Shown one piece after another: positions 54,074-63,972 of a DNA stretch of 63,972 nucleotides. The position numbers were made by a program, and so were the translations under genes. Each line of letters opens with the position of its first letter. The first letter of the stretch is position 1. Location: NCBI RefSeq assembly GCF_001194135.2, contig NC_068992.1, positions 54,062,713-54,126,684 of the forward strand, written 5' to 3'. This DNA is from Octopus bimaculoides (lineage: Eukaryota). The notes under the pieces are model-generated. The model had not been told where the DNA came from. It did no database searches and saw only the letters and a program-made list of their open reading frames with translations.

Positions 54074-54474
54074 GGGTAGAACAGTATTTACATTGGAAAA
54101 TATGTCAACACTACAAAATCAGCACTCCTACTTGCTGGTACGAACACCATCCTGAGCCAGTTGTTGGAGGTAAAAATGTCACTATCCTCTGGGATTTTCC
54201 AGTCAACACTGACAGAATGATCAACGCTGATCGACCAAACATAATAATTAAAGACAAGGAAGAAAATAATTGTACACAAATAGATGTAAGTGTTCCCACT
54301 GATAAAAATATATCCGTCAAGGAATTTGACAAATGAAGTAAATATAAGGACCTGGAAATTGAAATAAAAAAGATATGGCGTCTTAAGACGAGAACTGTTC
54401 CTGTTATTGTAGGTGCCCTAGGTATGATTTAAAGAAAAAAGAGATGTCAGAGACATCTAGATAAGATCCCAGGG
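54073..54474 (+). mobile_element. R4/Dong-clade non-LTR retrotransposon fragment (restriction-like endonuclease region), decayed
   Basis: YLHWKICQHY, WYEHHPEPVV, TILWDFPVNTDRMINADRPNIIIKDKEENNCTQIDVSVPTDKNISVKEFDK*SKYKDLEIEIKKIWRLKTRTVPVIVGALGMI: PD..D-(E/D)xK-type RLE motifs with two in-frame stops. Preceded directly by (AAT)12 at 54037-54072. Confidence 0.9.
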
Positions 54475-55904
54475 GATCGTTTTTAGAACAGAACTTACTT
54501 CTACCCAAAGCTACAACTGCCTCCATCCGCGAACTAAAAACGCCATCTGTCAGTGGTCAATGAATTTGCTACAAATAGTAACCAAATTTCTCTTTGCTTA
54601 TCCCTTAACGTACCCCGTCACCGAACAAATAGTATCTGTGATATTTTATGATGTAGCATTAAATACACAACGTATTGCAAAAAAACATAACTTGCTCGCA
54701 GCTAGTAAAGCTGTGACCACTGGAGTAATCAATCAGGTGAGACCTGATGCTGTAATCAACAACAACTTATTGCTATGATTACAGAAAATAATGGGTTTCT
54801 AATTAGACGCAAGGCCTACACAAATTAATAGTTCTATAAACTTTAATAAATTTTTTAATACCTTCAAAATGTGGAAAACGTTTTGAATACAGAACCTAAT
54901 AGAAGTAGAATTAGTACAATGTTATAAATTTAGCCTCCGGGCAAATTTGATTGGCTCTTGTAATGAAGCGGATGATTTAGCTATCCACCATATTCGTTAC
55001 TTCTTTCTCCAGAATATATGTATAGCCTCGCGGTTTATGTTAAAAGTGCGGTAGAAATTGTAATATCTTTATATTTTATAAAAAAAATTCTATTCAACCC
55101 AATTAAAAACGAAATGATATTATGTGGAAAATTTCCAGAAGTGAAATTCAGCATTCAAATAAGTATGCTCTCCAAGATAGTTTTCTTTTCTCTTTTTTAT
55201 ATATATTTTTTTTAAAATTTTACGCCAACAAGAAATGGATGCAGTAAAAGGTTAATTCTTATTTTTGATAAAAACATTTTTATATGTATATTTCCCAGAT
55301 ATTTAGTTTAATAACAACTTATAATTACACTTTATGGTATAATATAAGAATTCTATCATTATTAGAACCAGGTGATGTGATGAAGCAGGTGCATGTGAAA
55401 GTGTGTGAAAATTGATGACAGCCATTTCCAGTATTGGTACAAGACTATGAACATGGGGATGGACGTGCATTGTTTATTATATCGGATCCAGTTCTTGATT
55501 GATATATTACTTTATTGCTCAAGAATAAAGAAGGTCGAAGGTTCGATTCTTTAACTGTGCAGTGTGTTGTGTTCTTGAGCAAAATATTTCATTTCGCGTT
55601 ACCCTAGACTTGTGAGGGGACCGGCATGTCAAAGACTAGATCAAACGCTTCCTCTGCGTGTCGTTTTAAAGGCGACAAAAAATGTTTAAGGTAGGATTTG
55701 CACTCCGATCTCGAAAAACGCTCACCAGTCATGACCACCGAATCAGCCCCATTGGGCAAGAAGATTGTCGCCTGAGTGGGGCAATGGCGTTATCCACCAG
55801 GGTTAGGGAGTCACCAACAAATTGTGGATGCAGTAACTCGCTTCTTCAGCGTACTACTACTACTACTACTACTACTACTATTACTAATGCATATAGTTAT
55901 GAAG

Positions 55905-56692
55905 GCAGCAATACAGAATATAGGAATGTAGGGAAGTGGTGGATTACCGTGCGTGGGAAATAGATAAAATTTGTGACGTTTTGGATATTTGCCCTTAATT
56001 ACAAAATTTTACTTATTCAGGATATTTTGTACATGCGTATCCATTTACTTCCTAATTTCCTTTAGCCTAACAATTCCTAATCATAGTTATAATCACACAT
56101 GCATGCACGTATCCATTATTATAGATATATATATATATATATATATATATAGCCCTAAACACATACATATACAACAGTTTTCCACCCAGTTTCTATCATT
56201 CAAATTCACTCACAATGCATTGGCCGGCTAGGGGCTTAGTAGAGAACACTACCCTAAGCTTCCGTACAGTGGGACCAAATCCAAAACATCGCGGTTGCAA
56301 GGTGAGCTTCTGAATCTCACAGCCATGCTAGCCCCTGTATACATTATGTCTGAACATATAAAGATGGAATGATTATGGCTTGAATTAATTTTTATCATTG
56401 ATCTGTGTGACTAGGCCTGGCCTATGCGGAATCCACTGCAATAAATATTTTAGTGCTTCCAGCTATTGGAGTGTGGCCAAGCTGGTGCAGTATCAACTAT
56501 CCGCGTTTTATTAATATTTTTTTTTCTCTGAAATTTAAATATAACTATGATTTTCAGAGCTACGTACGAGAAAGTATATATTTATGACTGCAGTAATACT
56601 GAATATAGAAATCTAGAGAAGTGTTAGATTACCGTGCGCGGGAAAGGATAGAAATTCTAACGTTTTGGATATTTGCCTTTCATCACAGAATT
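55905..56692 (+). repeat. Pair of diverged direct repeats of about 105 bp (55905-56010 and 56590-56692)
   Basis: Shared GCAG(C/T)AATAC(A/T)GAATATAG, GATTACCGTGCG(T/C)GGGAAA and ACGTTTTGGATATTTGCC. Confidence 0.85.
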
Positions 56693-57037
56693 CGAAAAAT
56701 AAAGAAAAAATGTAGGTTATAAAATAATGCAGATCATCACACGTTTTCTTGCATACCAGAGGATATTACCCAGTAATAATTAGTATTAGTAAGCTAAGCT
56801 AAGTTTTGTAGGCAAACACTACTTGGTTCATATGATATCAGGACCCACTTCATTGCACCAGTGAAGCCACGTTCAAAAGTAGCTCTTAGTTACGCCCAGG
56901 ATTTTTTTTTTCATGCTACTTGAACAATGTGGAGAGAATTCTAATGGTTTGCTAATTTTTATGTAAAACTATTTATTGCATCTCAGCTAAGAGGCTAATA
57001 CTGAGTATGTTTTCAATGTACAAGACTGAATTTATGC

Positions 57038-57086
<49 letters not shown>

Positions 57087-57292
57087 GTGGCTGAGACAAA
57101 TAGAAGAAGAAAGGGAAGCAAAAGAAAAGAGAAAAGGCTGACAGGCAAGCAGATAGACAAAACATTACAAATACATTTGTGAGCCAGCTTTCTTCTTTAA
57201 TATGTGAGTGTTTATGTGTGGAAATGAAAGACAGACACATACATAGGCACGGAGTCAGATTTTATAAATGTGCATGCATGCACATATACGCA

Positions 57293-57389
<97 letters not shown>

Positions 57390-57539
57390 ACAGACATATA
57401 TATATATATATATTTTAATGCGTAAAGATGTGTTCACATATATAAATAAGGCATATATATGAATATGTATGTATGTATGTATGTATGTATGTGCGTATGT
57501 ATGTATCTAAATGTGTGTGAATGATTAGAGTTTTGAATA

Positions 57540-57806
57540 TACGAATGATTCATTATTTACATTATTTATATTTGACGAATATTTGTCCTCATCTTGTTCG
57601 CTGTCAACACAATGTTTCGGTTGATATACCCTCCAGCCTTCATCAGGTGTCTTGGGGAAATTTCGAACCTGGGTTCCTATTTCTAAGGTATTTTTCGATG
57701 TTGTTGTTATTATTATTATTATTATTATTATTCGGGTCACGGCCTGGAATCGAACTCGGAATCTTGGGGTTAATAGCTCGCGCTCTTAACCACTACGCCA
57801 TATGCG
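57540..57806 (-). mobile_element. tRNA-headed short retroelement with internal (AAT)n and a Penelope-type 3' region
   Basis: Head with A box TGGCGTAGTGG and B box GTTCGATTC (57806-57733), then (AAT)n, then a segment containing a hammerhead motif, ending in AAATAATGTAAATAATG short repeats. Confidence 0.7.
57606..57651 (-). ncRNA. Minimal type I hammerhead ribozyme motif, probably inactivated by two substitutions
   Basis: GACAC-CTGATGA-A-GGCTG-(10 nt)-CAACC-GAAA-CA-T-T-GTGTT. Both core strands present, stem I GACAC/GTGTT, stem II GGCTG/CAACC with one mismatch, stem III reduced to ACAT (the palindrome ACGT is expected for dimeric minimal hammerheads). Confidence 0.6.
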
Positions 57807-58269
57807 TATGATTGTAAGAGAAAACAAAAAGAAATCGAGAGAGACGTAGCGAATTTACAAAAGTGTATACGTGTGGATGTTTGTTTGTTTGTGTGTGCAT
57901 GTGTCTGCGTATGTGTGTTCTTGTTGTTATTATTGTGTAAACTGTAGTTTAAACATTCATATGTATCCGTATATATATGCTCGTGTCTGAGACTAGCGTG
58001 CTAAGATGTGCGTATTGAAAGAAAATTTGTTTAGATTACATGTAATGGCTGTCATAAGTATATTTTACATGGACATATGGAATATAAGATATAATTCTTT
58101 TATTAATTTACTACCGTCAATCATCAAACTATGGCGTGGCGGGGGTACCACCTTCGAGGTTTAAGTCGATGACATCGGCTCCAGTATTTAAATCAGTCTG
58201 GTATTTATTGGTGTAGACATTTATTTATTCATCTAACTCCTAATTTGCAGTATAAAAATTGCACAGCAC

Positions 58270-58300
<31 letters not shown>

Positions 58301-58568
58301 TACACACACACACACACACACACATACTGGTGGGCTTCGATACAACGTACATACATGCATATATTTGTGCGTGGGAAGATACATGCATACATACATACAT
58401 ACATACATACATAGGTTCATAAATGCATATACACTGACCCACACAAACGTACATATTCACATAAATACACACACACACACACACATATGTGTGTGTGTGT
58501 GTGTGTGTGTGTGCGTTGTATGTGTGTGTGTGTGTTGTATGCGTGTGTGTGTGTGTTATAGGCAATAT

Positions 58569-58613
<45 letters not shown>

Positions 58614-59397
58614 TCGGAAGTACTTAACAGTCTTTACATAAAGAACATTGCCATTTCGCACCAGCTGAACTCCTGGAAATAGTTGAAAGCTTTTAACGGC
58701 TTCACTCCCTGGGGTGAGAAAGAGAAAAAGGGGGAGAGAGGGAGCAGGGAAGAGAGACCATATTTCACAAAATTAATATCTTAAAAAGACCGACAGCACC
58801 CTTGACGTTGAATGATATGCAAATTTCCGTTTTTGGCGCCGCTGCAAACTAGTAAGGTGACTATCCTCTCCTTTCCGTGTTACGATTAGGTCAAGGTACT
58901 GCAGCAGCTGTGTTCAAATAGCCACAATTCTTCATTTGTTGTACAGTAATACTTGAAGAATTTAAATGCATTCAGATATTGTTTGAATATTTTTGTGTGC
59001 AATAGAAACCAATGAGATAGACTTTACGAGAGCTTTCACTCTGTTAGCAAGCAGAAAGAGCAATTAAATTGTCCTGAAAACAAAAACGATTCATTGGCTG
59101 GTTACTTCATTGCTTGAAGTTCTTTGAAGTTCCCATGCAGGGCCAATATAGGCCTAAACAAATATAATTCTGGCATATATAAGTTTTAACTGTGTGCGTG
59201 TGTATGTCTAGGTATGTACAATAATCCCTCGACTATCTCAGATGTACGATCAATTGTTCCTGAGTCAACATGAGTTGCTGCTCATTTCGTAGACATATGT
59301 ATCGCTTAACATCGTTCTCAGCATGACATAGTAGCACACCTCCATCAAACAGGCTTCTATGCAGTTTCCATTTAACCAAAGTTACTCACAAAGTATG

Positions 59398-59662
59398 GTA
59401 AAGGTAAAGATAAAGTTACCTTCTCGAATCATGCCGACTCATAAGGGCCGGTTTCCCGGATTCCATGACATGTATATATTCCCCCACCTAGAAAGGTCGC
59501 CGGTCTGTCACAGGATAACTCATTTTTTGCCAACTGAGTGGACAGGAGCAACATAAAATGAAGTTCTTTGCTCTAAAACACAACGCGTTGCCTGGTCCAT
59601 AAATCGAGACCACAATCGTACGAGCATGAGTCCTGCATCCTAACCAATAAGCCACACCGCTC
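59398..59662 (-). mobile_element. SINE family C (tRNA-like head; central GCGTTGTGTTTTAGAGCAAAGAACTTCATTT...CCACTCAG); related pieces at 5520-5750 (-) and 55520-55880 (+)
   Basis: Head TGGCTTATTGGTTAGGATGCAGGACTC...GGTCTCGATT, tail AACTTTATCTTTACCTT; similar TTGTGTTCTTGAGCAA block in the related pieces. Confidence 0.7.
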
Positions 59663-59777
59663 CATACACACAAGGGGAGGAGGGGTCGACCTTAAGCTAC
59701 AGAAAATGGCATTTGCCCAAGACGTTATTCAGTGAGACCCTGGACCCTATGATTCCAAGGATGTTGAAGCCATTTAA

Positions 59778-60030
59778 ACATTTGAATCCGCTAGTAGGCT
59801 TTAGTATGCTTTAGCAGGTTCAGTTTCATTTGACTATAGCCCATAGAAGATGCAAAAGAGGTTGGCCACATAGTTTTGAGCCGACAGTTTTACATCTGAA
59901 AAATAATGATTCTTCTACTAATTAGCTAGCCATAAACATGGCTTTCCATGAGGCTGCCCACTTATGCGTCTTCTAAGGGTATAGTCAAATGAAATCACGT
60001 CCGCTAACGCCTACTAGCAGGTTCAAAGGG
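59778..60030. mobile_element. piggyBac-like MITE, about 253 bp
   Basis: TTAA at 59774-59777 and 60031-60034. Right end CAAAGGG|TTAA is canonical, left end decayed (ACATTTGAATCCGCTAGTAGGC versus CCCTTTGAACCTGCTAGTAGGC). Inner inverted pair TTTCATTTGACTATAGCCCATAGAAGATGCA / TGCGTCTTCTAAGGGTATAGTCAAATGAAA. Confidence 0.8.
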
Positions 60031-61645
60031 TTAAAACACACAAGCCATTATAATTACATTTCGTTTATTTCGTAACAGCACAATCTATTATAAAGTATCA
60101 AAATTCGATTAACATAAAGTTTAGGGGATTTTAAAAATTATGAAATTAATTTAACCGGAAGTTACGACATTGGCATGCCATAATTTCCATACAAAGGCAA
60201 TAAAAGGGTGATGGGTGCTTGCCAAGAAGAACACAGGCAACAACGTGGGTCTATCGATGCTTTATTTTCGTCGTATCTTCACGAACAGAAGCAGCAAAGC
60301 CAATTTAGAGATTGTGAAAGATCTATTCGTAAATCTCATTTCATGCATCAATGGCAGTCATGTTTACCCGTAAAAGTGATTGTTTTCATATGATATAAAA
60401 TATGTGTACGAGGTTTATATTATATAAACTGTGTACACAGATGTGGCTGTGTGGTTAAAATGCATGCTTTCCAACCATTGCCCTGTAATTTGAGCAAGCA
60501 TTTTCTACAATAAATCCGAGTCAAACAAAGCTTTGGGAGTGGCTTTGGTAGACAGAAACTGACAGAGGCTCACGCGTTTTTTATGCCCTTTTATAACATC
60601 ATAAGATGGTTGTAAACGATCTTCACTGTCATACAAACGATGTCGTTCGTTATAAGAATTCCATTAAAAAACGTTTGGCCATGAAAATTATTACATTGTT
60701 TACAAACAGGTAGGAGTTTGAGAACAGGAAAGGCGTCATTTCGTAGAAAATCTGCCCTAACAGATTCCGTCTGATCCATGCGAGTATGGAAATGTGGACG
60801 TCAAAAGATAATGGATGAGGATATTGTGTAGACCGATTATGCTATATAGGTTGTTTACATGAAATTATCGGATTTCTTAGTCATCACTACCTGTCAATTT
60901 GCATTTGGTTTTTGAACCCCTGAAGTGCATATTCACATAAAAAAATTTCACTGCATACTTTTCAGACATGAAATATGAGCTACAGTGGTGATGTTCTAAT
61001 TGACCTGGACACAGGATTGCGACAAAATCTTTCGACACGGTTTAATCTATGATAATGCAATCCAATCTGTAATATAGTGTATATACTTTTATACCACATA
61101 ACGGAATGTACTTTAAGAAATACCATAAAAATCATTGTAGCAGTTTTGTGAGTGTTTTTAAGTGGTTAATATGTGACTGCCATAAAGTAATTGTTTATAT
61201 ACAGACTATATTTTTAATACGAATGAACAAACATTATTATGCGACTATTCAAATGTTCGTGTGGGTATGTCTATTTGCCAGGGAATATGTATGTGAATAT
61301 GTGTGTTTGTATATTTATGTAAATATATATTAAGATAAACATTTATTTAATCGACGCAATTGTGTCCAAGAAGCAATAGTTTGACCTTGCGTGACTAGAG
61401 GTTTCTGACCATGTCTGAAATTATTGCCTAGGCTTAACGTGTGTATATGTCTGTATGTGAGTGAGTATGTGTGCGTGAAAGTGTATCAATATATACACAT
61501 ACATGCATGCGTATATTAGGAACGGAACTATCTGTTGTATAGATCCATGAATATTTATTTAGATAAACATTCATAAATAGTTATTTCCAATTTTTTCTAT
61601 CTCACTTGACACATACACTATTTTCTCATTCACACACACACGCAC

Positions 61646-61682
<37 letters not shown>

Positions 61683-62032
61683 CACGCACACACATAAANN
61701 NNNNNNNNNNNNNNNNNNNNNNNNNNNNNNNNNNNNNNNNNNNNNNNNNNNNNNNNNNNNNNNNNNNNNNNNNNNNNNNNNNNNNNNNNNNNNNNNNNNN
61801 NNNNNNNNNNNNNNNNNNNNNNNNNNNNNNNNNNNNNNNNNNNNNNNNNNNNNNNNNNNNNNNNNNNNNNNNNNNNNNNNNNNNNNNNNNNNNNNNNNNN
61901 NNNNNNNNNNNNNNNNNNNNNNNNNNNNNNNNNNNNNNNNNNNNNATATATATATATATATAAATGTAAGCTGTTTAAGAGTCTATAGGTCGGGAAAAAT
62001 GCACTCGTATATCTGTCAATAGAGTGGGTGTA

Positions 62033-62290
62033 TTAATCGAAGTGTACAGTATTATATATCCATTACGGCCGATCTTACAAATCGGTTTGACACTAAGGGG
62101 TTCAAAGGAGTGTTTGGTAACAGTCCGATTAAGTAACTCATCAGAGGTAGCCGTTATGGAATTAAATACAACGATCTCTGATGAGCGCAGGGTTGCGTGA
62201 TCGGACTGTTGCTTAACATTCCGTTAAATACCGAGTGCAAAACCGATTGGTAAGATCACCCGTAATGGATATATAATATCGTACACTTGA

Positions 62291-62294
<4 letters not shown>
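62033..62294. mobile_element. Foldback/MITE-like element with imperfect terminal inverted repeats of about 62 bp
   Basis: 62033-62094 pairs with 62234-62294; inner pairs AACAGTCCGAT/ATCGGACTGTT and CTCATCAGAG/CTCTGATGAG; ends TATTAA...TTAATA. Confidence 0.75.
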
Positions 62295-62328
<34 letters not shown>

Positions 62329-63312
62329 NNNNNNNNNNNNNNNNNNNNNNNNNNNNNNNNNNNNNNNNNNNNNNNNNNNNNNNNNNNNNNNNNNNNNNNN
62401 NNNNNNNNNNNNNNNNNNNNNNNNNNNNNNNNNNNNNNNNNNNNNNNNNNNNNNNNNNNNNNNNNNNNNNNNNNNNNNNNNNNNNNNNNNNNNNNNNNNN
62501 NNNNNNNNNNNNNNNNNNNNNNNNNNNNNNNNNNNNNNNNNNNNNNNNNNNNNNNNNNNNNNNNNNNNNNNNNNNNNNNNNNNNNNNNNNNNNNNNNNNN
62601 NNNNNNNNNNNNNNNNNNNNNNNNNNNNNNNNNNNNNNNNNNNNNNNNNNNNNNNNNNNNNNNNNNNNNNNNNNNNNNNNNNNNNNNNNNNNNNNNNNNN
62701 NNNNNNNNNNNNNNNNNNNNNNNNNNNNNNNNNNNNNNNNNNNNNNNNNNNNNNNNNNNNNNNNNNNNNNNNNNNNNNNNNNNNNNNNNNNNNNNNNNNN
62801 NNNNNNNNNNNNNNNNNNNNNNNNNNNNNNNNNNNNNNNNNNNNNNNNNNNNNNNNNNNNNNNNNNNNNNNNNNNNNNNNNNNNNNNNNNNNNNNNNNNN
62901 NNNNNNNNNNNNNNNNNNNNNNNNNNNNNNNNNNNNNNNNNNNNNNNNNNNNNNNNNNNNNNNNNNNNNNNNNNNNNNNNNNNNNNNNNNNNNNNNNNNN
63001 NNNNNNNNNNNNNNNNNNNNNNNNNNNNNNNNNNNNNNNNNNNNNNNNNNNNNNNNNNNNNNNNNNNNNNNNNNNNNNNNNNNNNNNNNNNNNNNNNNNN
63101 NNNNNNNNNNNNNNNNNNNNNNNNNNNNNNNNNNNNNNNNNNNNNNNNNNNNNNNNNNNNNNNNNNNNNNNNNNNNNNNNNNNNNNNNNNNNNNNNNNNN
63201 NNNNNNNNNNNNNNNNNNNNNNNNNNNNNNNNNNNNNNNNNNNNNNNNNNNNNNNNNNNNNNNNNNNNNNNNNNNNNNNNNNNNNNNNNNNNNNNNNNNN
63301 NNNNNNNNNNNN

Positions 63313-63404
63313 CAGTAAAGTTTCTGCCTACAAAATTCCATTCACAGAGATTTACGTTTGACCAATGCTCTGTGAATGGAATTTTGTAGGCAGAAACTTT
63401 ACTG
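63313..63404. repeat. Perfect 37-bp inverted repeat with an 18-nt spacer
   Basis: CAGTAAAGTTTCTGCCTACAAAATTCCATTCACAGAG (63313-63349) and its exact reverse complement (63368-63404). Left arm abuts the N gap. Confidence 0.9.
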
Positions 63405-63488
63405 GAGACTGTTGTATTCCTCTCTGTGTGTGGGAGGTGGGGGTGCATGTATATTTATTATATATTATATATAAGCGTCGGGGCGGCT

Positions 63489-63972
63489 ATAGGCGCAGTC
63501 ATGATTGTGGGATAAGAAGCTTGTATCCTAAGCTGATGGTTCCAGTTTAAGTCTCTCTACATGGCACCTTGGGTAAGTGTCTTCTACTGTGCACCCCACC
63601 TCACCCAACGGCCGACCAAAGCCATGTGAATGTATTTGATAGACGGATACTGAAAGAAGCCCGTCGTATATAGATACACACACACGCACACACGTGTGTA
63701 TATGTGTGTGTATGTGTGCGCGCTCGTTTGTGTGCGCGCTCGTGTGTGTGTGTGTGTGTGTGTGCGTGTGCGCGTGTGCGCGTGTGTGCGCGTGCGCGTG
63801 CGTGTGTGTGCGTGCGTGTGTGTGCGTGTGTGCGTGTGTCTGTGTCTGTGTGTGTGTGTGTGTGTTTGCCACAGCTTGACGACTGGTGTTGGTTTTCTTA
63901 CGTCAGCATGACTTAGCGGTTCGCTACAAAGGACCGATTGAAAAGGCACCAGGTTTCAAAAATGTTCTGGGT
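63489..63972 (+). mobile_element. SINE family B, near full length, with internal (TG/CG) tract
   Basis: Head AGGCGCAG, core GGCACCTTGGGTAAGTGTCTTCTAC, GAAAGAAGCCCGTCGTATATA, 3' half ACTTAGCGGTTCG. Confidence 0.85.

Noticed and set aside
57733-57806. Functional tRNA gene (also considered for SINE heads at 25758 and 31226)
   Set aside because: A and B boxes are present, but there is no paired acceptor stem or intact anticodon stem, and the sequence continues into repeat body.

Overview
AT-rich eukaryotic draft-assembly DNA, packed with (TA)n, (CA)n, (GATA)n and (TAA)n microsatellites and interrupted by ten N gaps (about 3.9 kb). The repeat families look like those of an octopus (coleoid cephalopod) genome; this is inference from recalled repeat sequences, not a database search. 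Almost all of the supplied ORF track is microsatellite or N-gap artefact. What the sequence supports: (1) dozens of tRNA-derived SINE copies in at least four families; (2) decayed non-LTR retrotransposon fragments, three R4/Dong-clade and one RTE-clade; (3) several small DNA-transposon-like foldback elements (Tigger/pogo-like, piggyBac-like, one with asymmetric inverted repeats, two near-perfect hairpins); (4) a tRNA-headed element carrying a minimal Penelope-type hammerhead ribozyme motif; (5) a candidate minus-strand multi-exon gene missed by the ORF track, with six phase-compatible exons between 4518 and 13365 (505 nt, about 168 aa open, family not recognised) and weaker upstream candidates reaching a possible ATG exon at 38788. 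I found no rRNA, intact tRNA, CRISPR array or intact transposase/RT gene. I cannot demonstrate a new biological system. The best leads are the tRNA-head plus hammerhead element and the cryptic small-exon gene.
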